The position numbers and the translations under genes were made by a program. DNA of 64,000 nucleotides from Ramazzottius varieornatus (taxonomy: Eukaryota > Animalia > Tardigrada): the NCBI GenBank assembly GCA_001949185.1, contig BDGG01000010.1, positions 35,001 to 99,000 of the forward strand, given 5' to 3'. Below are positions 25,733 through 38,484 of this stretch, one piece after another. The notes under the pieces were generated by a model that worked only from the letters and a program-made list of their open reading frames with translations, made no database searches and was not told where the DNA came from. Positions within the stretch are counted from its first letter, which is position 1. The number at the start of each line of letters is the position of its first letter.

Positions 25733-27456
25733 CAAAACGTTGGAGGAAATACAGTACGCTCTCCTACGGTGTCAGTCAGCTGAAGTACTGCTCAAGGAAA
25801 TTATTCACCTGCTCAAATCGACTGACTATTGATTTTCCCTTCGTTTTGTGAGTCACAAAAGAATTCACTATCTTTATAAGTTCAAACATTTTTCAATGGA
25901 TTCGTTTCGAGCAGCGGTTTGTTCCGTGGATTTCTTCGCATGCCCTGCGATTCCCCTGATGTGGTAAAACTGGTTCGGGTGCTGGTCATGAATCTTGAAG
26001 TCCCACATCTCGATTAAACGCCTGTTTTAGGGTTGGCACAGTGAAAGGCGAGCAAACTGATAACTCGGCCGGCGAGTACTAGCTTCTCGTTTTCACTAGC
26101 ACAAATACTCGTTCTCACTCGTTCAGAGGCGACACTTGCGGTTACTCGTTTCAGAAATCCGTACTACAGGCCGGTCAAGCCAACTTGGTACCACACACAA
26201 CATCAACATCACACAATATCAACTCGATCATTATCCAACTTCGAAACTGTTTTCCTTGATTTAAAATCCTATTTAGCCTCTCAAGAGAAATTACTGGCCG
26301 GAAAGTTGTTCAGAACAAGTTGGAATCGACACAAAACTAGAGAAGGTGGGAGGAGAAGAAACACAACTTTTGCAGTTTTCGAGACTGTTTTTCAGTATCT
26401 GACTACGCTCCTGCAGTTTGGTGTTCAACATAATTGAAACGAAGTCTGAGCTACAATGAATGGGGTCGCAAACGTTAGTCCGCCGTTCGGAGCCATAGCT
26501 CGAATTTTCGCCGTAAAACCGTTTTCCCGGCAAAATGGACACATTTACCAGCTTTAATTCCTTTCCCGAGCTATTTCGATATCCTCATAGCCTTCTTTGA
26601 TTTTTATAAACCGCTTAGAAAGTTTTAGACTTATCTAGATCAGATTGGGGGTTGCTACCCAAAAACAGGATCCTGCAGAGTGCATTTCAGTCGCGGCGAC
26701 ATGTCTTCCAGATCGGAAATCATATCAGTCGATTGTTCAAAGCTGTTTCTTGCTGTAGTGTAGCGAATCATAGCTCAGTCGACAGAGCTTAAAAAGTTGT
26801 ACGGGCAGTGTGATCAAGGAGCGGAAAAAGAGCAATCTGAATTTTTTGACGTCGAAGTTCGAGGTGGTAGCAAGTTGGCTTAAACGGGCTGTAGATTGGA
26901 CCGGATAAACGCCGAGTCAGAACTCGATGGATTCAACTACATACTGAAGTGTTGGCATATGCGAAGTGATTCATTGGCGCAGCAAGATTCTCGAAAACCC
27001 AGTTGAGACATGATTATTTTTTAGTGTTAAGTGAGTTTCTACCGTGTGGAATTAAGCGATATGCAAATCGCATTGCAGATTCTAGCCCAGATGATTCCAG
27101 ACATAGTGTAACTCCTGCCGAAGACATATCCATACATGGCTCACCGGTCTCGCTGGAACTCGTCGACTATTTTTAATAAATTTATTGTAATTCATGAACT
27201 TGTATTCCTCAATACGAACTTGAATCTCTTTTCCTACATATTTTGTCACAGGTGTAGGAAAAAGTTTCTCTGCTTCCGTCAAGTTCTTAGGTCATAGTTT
27301 AATCAACACACCCAACCATGGTACTTGCAACTCCGCGAACTTAAAAAGCGAGCCGCAGAAGAGCCTTTCTCTTGTATTGTTTAGCGAGAACAATCTGCAA
27401 AATCTTAGTTTTCAGACTCTCCGGTCAAAGCTTCCCTCAGTCAGGCAATTACTAAT

Positions 27457-28188
27457 TTGACTGTACTTGTTGCCGGAGGAGTTTATGGCAACCCCATGCT
27501 GTCTATCGATCAGTCCGGAATAGTACAGGGCATTGTGCAGTATGATCTGTTCCGGTCGTTGAACGAAGTGGACTTAGCTAGATCACTTTTGTCTTTGAAA
27601 ATCAACAAGTTTCAGAATGCTCCTCGAAGTTACTCGTACTGGTTGCGCGACTGGTATCTGCCTGTTTACTCTGACCATGGTCAAGCCGCTGTTCTTCAGC
27701 GGGTTTTTACTCTTTTAGCGGAGCACTTCCCCACCATAACCGACAGGAGCGGCATGCGGAGGTATTCGCGCAACATGACAAATCTGGCGGAACTGGTGCA
27801 CTTCTGGAGCGGTGCGGCGATCGCTAGTCTACGGACTGTTGCAGGGAATGCTTTCGGCTGGTCAAAAACGGACGAAAAGGAACTGCTGCAAGCACAAAAC
27901 GACTTTCCAGATATTCATTATGCAGACGACGAAAACTATTTGATGACGCAGGCCACTGTCTCGTTGGATCTCGTGGAATTTGCAACGCCGACACACAGTT
28001 CGACGCAATTTACGCAAGCGAATTTCACTCTTCTACAGAGTATCTTGATTCCCCTTGTTATCGTCGCTACTGTTGGGACACTACTTGTTTTTAATGTGCA
28101 AGAAGAAAGCGGAGCCAGGCAAAGGTTTTGGGCGCGAACCAGAAGGCGCCGAACAAGTACATTTCATCAGTACCGCTGTCGCACTTGA
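27457..28188 (+). pseudogene. Bacterial-like / AMNP-like domain followed by a transmembrane helix; probably damaged
   Basis: QYDLFRSL...PRSYSYWLRDWYLPVYSDHGQAAVLQRVFTLLAEHFP...YSRNMTNLAELVHFWSGAA...LRTVAGNAFGW...LLQAQNDFPDIHY resembles a bacterial domain often fused to ricin-B lectin. Then an S/T stalk and TM LLQSILIPLVIVATVGTLLV; a 1-nt shift in the T-run would give ...LMCKKK. Upstream degenerate pieces with stops (~26820-26990). Confidence 0.55.
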
Positions 28189-28740
28189 ACCCCGACATTA
28201 TCAAGCTCCTCGATGACGGACACTCTCTTTCTACTTCCGATGTCACATATGACACCACTGGTCCCGATCTTGCGTCTGATTTTTTTCCCAAGTGGCGCAC
28301 ATTTCCAGTGTTATAGGCTAGGAACGTGCCCTACTGGAGAACAGCGATCTATCGAGTTTGGTTGTTTTCCTCAGTGGCGCATGTTTACATTGTTATTACC
28401 AGCAAAAGTGCGTCACGTGGAAAACGATCTTGCACGAGGTGATAGTCGGCCTACGTGGCGCACGATCTTACTGTAAGTATCCGACAGCGTGCGCCACTTC
28501 GAAAAACGATCTTGCCAAGTTTGTTTGCCGGGTTCCCATCAGGACAAAGAGAAAAAAAGACATATCCGAGCTTCCAGATTTGGCTTTCGGATGGTACATG
28601 TAAACGGATTATACAGCTAAACAACAAAATTCTCACTACATCGGTGTGGATCCCGTTGTTGCCTAGTTCTTCTTGGACCTCGACTTCATAGCAGAAACTT
28701 TAGGTTTGAGTTTTGGCAGGAGAGTCGTCTTGGCTTTTGA

Positions 28741-31355
28741 TTATGAAGCAGACGCGGAAGGTTTCTTTATGGGAACTGTAGCGGTCGGAGCTCGTGCCTT
28801 GTCTCGTTTTGCTCTGGCCTTCGGAAGGTGTCCTTCAGGAACGTCCGCCGTAGAATTGATGTTCGGCGGTGGTGCAGAGACGTCGCTTGCTATCTCCGCA
28901 GCCACCTGCTTAGCCGTCTTTCTCTGTCGCTTTGGTGTGGCTTTACAAGGGTATCCTTGGTTAGTGGGGCTTTCATCTTCGCTGTCTGTCGCGCTCTCCT
29001 CTACCACCTCGATGTTTCGCTTCCCGTTTCTCAAGCCTTTGACTTTCTCTCTGTTCTTTTCTATCGCGGCTTTCTTTGCACTGATGTGAGTGCTCTCTGT
29101 GAGGATTCTTCCATTGGAAACATCGAGACGGGAATCTTTCTCCCGCCGTTTCTCCTGAGGAGCACTGCGCAGCAAATTCTTATGAAATTCCAAAGCTACC
29201 ACGGAGCCTACCGATTCCTCCGTCATGATTCTTTGATTTCCAAGAGGCAGCTGGTTGTCTTATCTTCAGTCAGGCCAATCTTTTCGCGAGGAATCTTTGC
29301 GATGTCTGCAAAATGCTCGTCACTTCCAACTTCCGCCTCTTCCACGATTTCCAAGTGAGGATTCACTGTGCCCCTGAGCAGCCTGGTGTTGAACGGAAAA
29401 GTTTCAGTTCTCCGAAATCCTTCTTTCAACAGTCCATCTTAAAAGAAAAGCATTCAGTAGGATAACATCCGCATAACAAGTATATTTAAAATCTGTGCAA
29501 ACAAACGCGACAAGATTGTTTATCCGAGAAGCGTACGCTTTCCGCCAACAACAGAGGTGGCTCGAGATATTAAAACGGTCCGCAGTCTGAGCCCTTTTTC
29601 TACGGCGTTCCTTGTCAGGTCCGTGCTCGGCAGAACCTTGACTGATAACCCATGAAACTTCGTAGAAAAAGGGCAAGGTTGCGGACCTTTTCAACACGTC
29701 CAGTCGCTCCTGACCAGCAACAGCGACAACGTCAGTTGACGATCTGACGGATTTTTCCGCCTAGTTTTACTGCTGGATTTCCTGTCTGCTGACGCTTCAT
29801 CGCAGATAGCCAGATAACCTTGGCAAGTAAGTTCTTACCTAAGTTGAACGAGTACGGTGGACAGTCTGGTCTCCACAGTTTGACGATGTGAGCAGGGAAG
29901 TTGGTGCGAGAAACCTAGAAATCCAGAAGAAAAGTTTTGTCAAACTCACCAATGTTTACAAGATCGGCGACTCATAAACACGGGTGTCACTCACATCGAT
30001 GGTGGTGTCAAGCCTGGAATCGCGAAGATAACTGTGCCACTTCTGCTTTACTCCGCCGAACACCTCCTTATCTAACGGCTGTAAGAAAGCTGTCTGGCCA
30101 GATAGAAGAACGACCACCCTGATTTCCTTTTCATGCTCCATACAGGCCACGAGAAAGGGGATACAGCTCAGATGGGAAGAATGTCCGTCGCAAAACAATA
30201 CGTTCTGCAATACGAGAAAACTCGCAAGGTTAACCTTGGTGCCATTCAAGTGGAGACAGGTGGAAGGTTCATAGAGTAAAAGTATCATCGCCAAAACGGG
30301 TGCGCGTACAAGGCTTACCTTGGGACACGTGATGGACGAAAGAAATTCTTTCTCCAGGAATTCGGTCAGAACGTCAGTATCCATCACTCCCGAAGAACTA
30401 GTGCCAATGTAGCACGCATCGCGGGTGTCTCGGAAGTGCGACTCAATATGCATCTTCCCTTTGTACAGAATCAACGGACGTAGCATCTTTCCAGCTGCGT
30501 TCCCCATAGCTAAGAGTGAAATGTTCTCTCGGTCGCTCTCCGAGCCTTTTACGTGACCACTGCTTCGTTCACGCCTCTCTCCGCGTATATCCTGTCGTAC
30601 AGTTCCGCCAACCGAAATCCCGACTCATCTAGGTTCCAGATTCCGCTAGGATTGTCAAGAAATCCTTCGTCGCTTAAATTCTGAAGAAGCGAGATCCATT
30701 CTTGGCAGCGGGCCGCTGTCCATTCCCGAGACTTTTTGAAGCTCAGCGCGCTCAGTATCCGCAAAGAAACTTCACGGTTTCTCCGAAGAAACTTCCGGTG
30801 CCATTGATTGGTGAACTTAGCCCAGTCCATGCTTAGAAGAAAGTAACACCGCTAACTAGGTTATCCTTGGTGCATTACCAACCGGAAGTTGGCTGTCAGA
30901 CAATTCCTTTTTAGCATATGGCTGATGCTACCCGAAGGTTATCCTTCGTGCGATCAACATTTAAGTAACATCAGACTCACCTTTCGCAATGGCGATGGCT
31001 TGACGATCTTGATCAAAGAACGTTTACCGAGAGGAACACCGATCTTGGAGCAGCGGACGAGGATTTCTCTAATTTCCGCCTCTTCTTCAAGTGTGAAGGT
31101 GTTGGGACGGCCGACCTTCTTTTGATGCTTTCCGTTGAATTTGTTGCCCAGGGTCTTGTGAGGTATATCGTAAATCGCGGCCGCCATCCTGATGGACATT
31201 CCATCGTTAACAGCAGCCAAAGCAAGCTCCATTTCCGGATGAGATTTCATAAATCGCCGTTTTGGACGTTTAATCGTGGATGTCAAGTGAGCAGGAGCGG
31301 GAGGTGGGCCTTCGGGAGTCACAGAAGTCTCTGAAGAACAGCGTGCGGCCATCAT
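28741..31355 (-). mobile_element. pogo/Fot1-like transposase gene (HTH_psq + CENP-B HTH + DDE_1), intron-containing, disrupted
   Basis: MELALAAVNDGMSIRMAAAIYDIPHKTL...VGRPNTFTLEEEAEI; WHRKFLRRN; IWNLDESGF; GNAAGKMLRPLILYKGK; FCDGHSSH; LQPLDKEVFGGVKQKW; GF.RT..FPFN; basic tail. Stop at 30549 in the reading frame. TIRs not identified. Confidence 0.85.
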
Positions 31356-32765
31356 GAAGACAAGGTAAACCTTGGAGTCAACGGATTAAGGAGGATGACA
31401 GCCTTCCAGCAAAGAATAAGTCACCTGAATACTGCGTGAACAATGCGTTTCGCTCGAAAGTGGGTAAAGTTTTAACTGTTCCGATTTCGGAATGAAATCA
31501 GGTCGGATGCTGCAATTCGTCACATCTGCACGATTTCTACTTGGTACGGCACATGCGTGCTTTACTGGATCAGCTGATCCTGGACTGCAGCGAGGCTTGC
31601 TGCGCCTTCTGAAGAAAGTAAAATCCCCAATATCGAACAGACTTCCCGAACGACTTCCTCCCTGGAATTTCTCACGTCATGATTTTTTAACTATTCCCAC
31701 TTTTAACTGAATAGGAATAAAGCTAAGTGTTCATAGGAACTTTCGAATTAGTTTGGGATCTTGGTAGCGGAACGTTAGTGAGAGAACGACGGTGAAAACA
31801 GTTGTCACAAGTACGGCAAACGGGTAAAGTTGGGTTTCTCTCCTCGTACAGGAGGAGTTAGCATGTGTGACCCAGTGAGGAAATGTTTGACCCAAAAGTC
31901 TCAGACGGCGTGACACGTATCAAGTATGCATTACGTTGACAGAAACACTTTTTATGTAAGATAGACAACACTGTAATTCAAACACGCGGTTCTACCGTCA
32001 CCGCGTCCTTTCCTGAGGAAAAATATCAAGAATTTTGGAGTAGAAGAACCATGATAACTCAAGCAACAGCTGATAAAAACTTGAATGTTACGAGAAAGTT
32101 TTGATGAAGTTGTGAAGGCTCGTTGTGACTCCCGGTGTATCCCAAATGACTGTCCCAAATGAATGTATCAAATGTCGCTTGGTTCCTACAGTACAGCATA
32201 TGCAGGTCATCGCTGTCGCCCATGATAAGACCGAACAGCCAGCCTCAGGCAACCTGTTGAACTTCCTCGTACGAATGAAGATGTCTGCATCTTCCACTGT
32301 ACCACAACCTAGTTTGTGTTTGCATGTCATGCCCTTCCAGCCGTCACAACACCCGAGTGATCATATTTTGTTCGATAATATGGAAGTTCTCAAGCACAGG
32401 CTCTTCTGACTCGTCACTTCTGTAATTCAAGCTTCCATAGTATTCTTCCACCACCTTAAACACATGCATCGGTCCTTCCCTAACACCGGGCCCGGATAAA
32501 TTTTACAGTGCCTTTCGGCACGCTCTTACGGGGTACTTCGGGGTTTCCCTCTGTGTGTACGGTATTTTTCCTTGGTCGAACACTCGTGTGCTTCACTACG
32601 CTAATTGACAAACAAATAATCTCGAAATAGTCCACCAGAATGAATACGTCGAAGACTGTGCATTAACGCCACAGGTTGAACAATCAGATAGAGCTTGTCG
32701 AAAAACAACCGGTTCTCAAGACGTCACTTCCGTCACTTGGACTATTTCCGTCGTTTACCGGTTTC

Positions 32766-32798
32766 TCCCCTTCTCCTTCTCCTTCTCCTTCTCCTTCT
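32766..32798 (+). repeat. (TTCTCC)n hexanucleotide microsatellite
   Basis: About five tandem TTCTCC units. Confidence 0.7.
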
Positions 32799-34131
32799 CT
32801 ACTGGCCGTCTGATTTCGAAGTTCTTGATCGTCACTAGTCTGAGAACCGGATATCCCTTAACTCGCAGACTTGTAGGAAGGTGAAAGGAAGAAACCGCCA
32901 GAAAAAGGAAGTTGTCCATGTTTTTTACAGCACTTCCGTCTGCGAACTATGAAATAACCACTAGACCAAAGTATCTACTAGAACTACTGGCTCTGTAAGC
33001 TGGAACGTCTTTGCTTCCACCATGGAGGCTGGTGGAAGCGTTCGCCGTTATCTAAAGTCTTGATATCTTTTCGGAAATTAGAAAGGCCGCCTCGGTGTAG
33101 ACCCACTTATCGGACTGACCGGATTTTGAGCTGCCTGATTGCGCCTGCTCTTTCCATATGGGACCAGCGATCAAACCCACCAACGCGTGGCTCTCGACAA
33201 TTACGAACCTAACTAACACTAGGGATCATTAGTTTAATTAAGATGTCTAATACATGTTTAAAAATTGAAGATTAGTAATTCGCTTCGCGATTCACGAAAC
33301 GAAGGGGGGCTTCGTTCGTGAATGCCGAAGGATACTCTCGGCCGATTTGAAACTTTCCCGAATTGCCTTCCCTATTACTCTGGCTGGCAATAAGCACTGG
33401 GAAGCATAGTTCGCGCCCGGGTGGCGTAGGACCTCCATTCCGGACAATCGAAATTCATTTTGGCCAGCACTTTTTTAACTTGATGGGCTAATTACTACCA
33501 AGCACATTATCATGGCCAGCCTCGATTCTTCGCTCCATCTTTTTCCTCAAACTCGGTCGCGTCGTGCAACTTCTCAAAGCTGCCAGCGAATGCTTTTATA
33601 AAATTCGATTTCGGAAATTGATTAGTCCTCGTTTATTCGATTTTTCTGTGTATTGTGCAACCTCTCTATTAATTCATGATTTAGGGTTCACGTTTGACGG
33701 TACCCACTGTTTACGTATCATTCGTGCGCTATCGGTAACTCTATCGTTTCGATCACTAACCTCACATGCCATTCGAAACTGTGCCTCCCACATTAAATTG
33801 ATTTTGCCACTGGAGTTCCATATCCAGTCTACAACGCCGCGTCCAGCGTTAAAAGTTCTCGCGGGCGTGGTGGAACAAAATTAGAATTGGAATTCGAATC
33901 AGTTTAATCTGCCCATCGATAGATTCCACATTCCCCGTCTGACAGGTCTGATATCCCTCGCAGTTAGAAACGGAAGTTGCACGAGATACGGCTTGGCCCA
34001 GGTTGGTACGGAGCTACGTATTTACCTTGCCTTTTTAATGGCACGAGCTGCCGTCAAGTTTGATTGGTCGGTGGGTAGGAATGACAAGTCATAGGTGGCT
34101 CACTTCTGGAAGCCTTTCCATCAGTAGAAGC

Positions 34132-37100
34132 CAGGGATGTTAATTAACCAACCGACGACGGATACATCCGGATATATCCGGTTAAGAGACGGATTGGATA
34201 AGCATATTAACCATCCGCTTATTAGCCGGATAAAGCTCTTAACCAACCGGATAGAATCCGGATAACGTCCGTATCCAACCAGATTTTACCCGGTTAATGA
34301 GCTTCGAATCAATCAGAAAATCAAAGCAACAGGCTGTAGGTTACGAGCTGTAGTCTGGCTGCCGACGGGTCTTGGGCTGACTGGCTCAAAACTCGTTTTG
34401 TTACGCAATCTCCTAATTAGCAGCCGCACCGGAAGTCAGCGTTAAATACTGTATCTGTTCCTACTGCACCGTTACAGTATGTCGGCTTCCTCCACTTCTT
34501 GCTTGCCAACATTTCTGATGGTATTCTTTAGCTTCCTTTGCCTTATTGTTTGACGTGCTATAGTCTATAGGGTATTGGAACTGGACTCTGCAGTATGGCC
34601 ACTCGTAAACGCTCCTGGAATCGGCAACAAAGCGACGAAGAGGACGATGGCCACCACGACGCTCTTCACGATGAAGTTGCCGATTTCGAGGCAGAACTTC
34701 TAGGCCCCACTACACCTCTAAGCACTGTTGAAAGTTTCCCGGAGGAACTCACTGCAGCGGACACTGTACAACTACCAACCGGAACGAAGAAGAAGGGTAA
34801 GGCGACACATTCAGACATGAACGATCACTTCACGAAGTCGGTTGGTAAAGACGGAAAAACCACAGCCAAATGTAACTACTGCAGCAGCGTCTACAAGAAC
34901 GTGCAAGGAACTTCTAACTTGCACTACCATATGAAGAAAGAGCATCTTTCGAAACTGCAGAAAGCTTCCAAAGACAAGCCACTTCATCCAGCGTTTCAAG
35001 CAAAGCAGAAAGACCAGCCACAGGTCATGTCAAAGAAAGAAACTACTCGTCACACGAACAACCTTACGGAGTGTATCGTCTGTACTGCAAAGCCTATCAG
35101 TACCGTTGATGAACCACGATTTGTCGAACTCATTAGTGGTCTGAATGCTAGCTACAAGGTAAAATCTCATAATTATTACCAGATCTATGTTCGGACGATA
35201 ATTAGAATCTGTTTTATCGTACTTCTGTAAACGGTGTAAGCATTTTAACAGGTGCCCTGTCGACAAACCATCCGGAGGCTTATCGTCGACGGCTACAAAG
35301 TGAAGAAAGTCCAGATCATTGAACAACTATCTGCGGTAACGAATCTTTCCTCACTGACTACAGACATGTGGAAAGCAAGTGCCAGAAAGCAGTCATATCT
35401 TGTCATCACCTTGCACTGGATAGATAACGAATGGAAGTTGAGAAATTTTATTCGTAACTTTCGATATATCCCTCATAAGCACTCAGGTGAGAACATGAAA
35501 GGCGCAGTTATGGTAAATCTCAAAGAGTTCAAAGTTGCGCACAGGATTTTTAAAGTGACTACAGATGGAGCGTCAAACACGATAAAGGTCTTCGACTTAT
35601 TGCTGGCTGATATGGAAACTGAAAGGGGTAGCTTTTCGAGAACCGCGCAGTTCTCACCCGAAGGCAAAAGTTTAGAAGCGATAAAGAAAATATGAGTTAG
35701 TGTGTATTTTCACAAATGCAAATATCTCGAAGTCGCCCTTGCGGCAATATATGTTCTGCTAGGGTCAATATTCACTACGGTAAATAACTCGCTGACTATA
35801 TTATTCTTTCCAGTTAACTCGTTCTGGAATTGGTGTGCAGCGCACATTGTGAATAAAATGGCGGAGGTAGCAATCGGCAAGAAGGTTGATAAAGTTTCGA
35901 AAATTCGCGCATGTGTGGTTTACTTACGTCGACCCACCATTCGCGAAAGTTTCTTGGCTTCTATCCAGTCTGCGACTCAGGTTGCCGTTGGATGTAGCCA
36001 CACGGTGGAACAGCTTATTGCATATGGTGGAATCAGCTTATGCACGTCACCATGAAATTCCCGACTACTTGTCCACCCAGAAAGGAGCCATCAAGGATGA
36101 CGTACCCTCTGCGGAGGAATGGATCGAGATGGAAGACCTCATTGAACTTCCGAAGCCTCTGGAAGCTGTTTCTTTTGATTGCTCGGCTTTTAAGTCTTCA
36201 ACTACCACCTGGCCTTGGCCGAGCTGGAGTTTTTGCGGTCTCACCTGAAAGCTTTTAACGAAGACTACGCTAAGGTTTATATGCATTTTTTATTGTCAGT
36301 AAATGTTTCGGTACTAACTCTGGAGGGTCAGTATTTCGTCAAAAGCTGTATGTTTGGTTAACTTCAGGCACACTGGATCTGCGAATTGTAATGATGAGCA
36401 TTACAAGCTGACGGCTCGTGTAATGTAAAATGTAATGTAAAACAGTGTAATTACAAAAAGTGTAATTACATGTTACACTTGTTCACATTTTACAACCCCG
36501 AAAGAACGGAACCTGTAAACCAAGTGTAAACTATCAAATGACCCCTCCAAGTTAGCTAAATCAAAGCCGCTACAGATGTGGAAAGAAATGTAATCTCTCG
36601 TATACAGTAAACCTATTAACACTATCTTCAATCTTCACTGGTTCAAACAACTACTTGACAACAAATAAATCTGCTAAGGTGAAAAACTTTCCGGTCAGAG
36701 ACACGTCATCTTCGAGCTCCTCACTGCTTGGCATGTCATTGTCGTCTTGACCGAACAAATCATCAAGGATTGCCATTTGACTTTCCAGCTCCATTAGATC
36801 GGTTTCACCGCCACCTGGAAAAGTAATATTCTAAAGTACCGATGTCAAAATAGTAATGTCGAAGTAAATTGAAAATCATATCATAATGTAAGTGAATTGT
36901 TTACCTTGATCAAGTTTCACTGGTACTGTCTCTTCGTCCACTGTTACAACAACAACAGGCTCATCTGAAACATTTCCGGTCATCTTTGCTTTCTTCTCGT
37001 CCTTTATTCTCTTACGTTTTCTTGAGAGCTCCTCATCTTCACGACAGAATTTCATTTTCAGCGTGCACATCATTCGAACACAGTGAATAGAATCCCTATG

Positions 37101-38471
37101 TCGACCACATAGAAGTCCACTTACGTTTTGTGTCTTGCTGTTCATCGGTCTCCTCGTCGCTCTCCTCGCTTTCAGACATCGTGTATGCAAACAGAGGTTC
37201 GTAGTCAAGCTCAAAGTACGCTAGTGTCAGATTAGATTGAACGGAGTAAGAATGATAAGGCCGAAAGCAGCTGCGTATATTTCGTACTGCGGCAGTGTAA
37301 ACCAGACTGTCATCATGTCCACTGATGTAAAGCTTCTCTCAGATCGACAATCACTCAATCAATGGTTTCCCTCAACCCGTGTTCAATTAACACGGCTTTT
37401 AATCAGTTAATGGCGATTTGAACGGATATTTCGGTTTTATACTCGCGTGTAATTCCAAGTGTAATTACACTTTTACAGTTGTATTTTACACTACAACTTT
37501 CCGAAGATTGTAATGTAATGTAAAAGTGTAAATGTAATGTAAAATGTAATGTAATGTAAAGTGTAATGCTCATCATTAGCGAATTGGCTAAAGACATGTC
37601 AGCCAAACTGGAGGACTGCCTTAAATTATCCTGGAAAAAACCTGGCGACCGAATACAAGTTCCTATGATAGCCAGGCTGCTCGATCCGAGCATCAAAGAC
37701 GCCTGGCTTCCTACAGTGGAAAGTCGAACCGCAGCCAGCACCACGCTGAAACATATAGTGCAACTATACAAGAATGTTCCAAGGTAGTAAATCTTTTAGT
37801 ATGCTCATATCCAAACTGGTACCAGAATTATATCCATAGCAGTCTAAGCCTATGAATTCTTTGGGCTATAGTGAAAGAAGAGGTTCCGAAAGTACTTCGC
37901 AGTCAGCCGTCTCAGCGCCTAAAGAGCTGCTCTGTATTCGCGAAAGAATGATCGCACAAGTTACTTCGGGGGCGGATACTCAACTGAACGAGGTGGATCA
38001 GTACTTTTTGGACCCGAAGGAATCAGCCAGAAGAGATGTTTTAGACTTCTGGAGTATCAGTGAAACGCGATATCCTACTTTGCACCGCATTACAAAAGAC
38101 GTCCTGGCTGTACAGGCTTCGTCCGTGCCTGTAGAAAGTGCCTTTTCTGGTAGCGATCGATACATAACCGTCCTCCGAAATCAACTTGAGCCTGAAGCCA
38201 TTCAAGCCATGTTATGCTTGAATTCTTGGACTGATGCCTTCGAAGCCATGGTTGCGATGATGATTGACGATGATGAGTAAACAGAACGAAGGTTCGGAGG
38301 CTTCGACTCACAGCTAACAACTGACGAGAATCTTTAACCGGAATTTTAACCGGATAACATCCGGATAATCCGGATAAAAGTTGTAACCAGAGAGCTGGAT
38401 AAAGATAAGTCTTCTAACCAACCACACTGTATCCAACCGTTTCACCGTTTAACCAACCATTAACATTCCCA
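34132..38471 (+). mobile_element. hAT (Ac-like) transposon with BED zinc finger, disrupted
   Basis: Ends CAGGGATGTTAA ... TTAACATTCCCA, flanked by duplicated (C)AGTAGAAG; subterminal CCGGATA/AACCAACC repeats at both ends. ORFs: BED finger AKCNYC...GTSNLHYHMKKEH, LTTDMW, HWID, TTDGASN, CAAHIVN, DVATRWNS, ARLLDP and dimerization domain DVLDFW...YPTL...DVLAVQASSVPVESAFS. Frameshifts present. Confidence 0.92.
36389..37578 (-). mobile_element. Non-autonomous hAT (1190 bp) nested in the hAT transposase exon
   Basis: Perfect 17-bp TIRs TAATGATGAGCATTACA / TGTAATGCTCATCATTA and perfect 8-bp TSD GCGAATTG (36381-36388, 37579-37586); TGTAA subterminal arrays; retains SERSFTS and acidic 3' transposase exons on the minus strand. 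Removing it restores host frame HWICE|LAKDMS. Confidence 0.93.
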
Positions 38472-38484
38472 GTAGAAGTTCAGC

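Noticed and set aside
32088-32450. Cys/His-rich fragment
   Set aside because: Interrupted by stops; spacing does not match a specific zinc finger.
37500-37578. TGTAA/TGTAAAA tandem array resembling a satellite or CRISPR-like repeat
   Set aside because: No unique spacers; these are subterminal repeats of the nested hAT.
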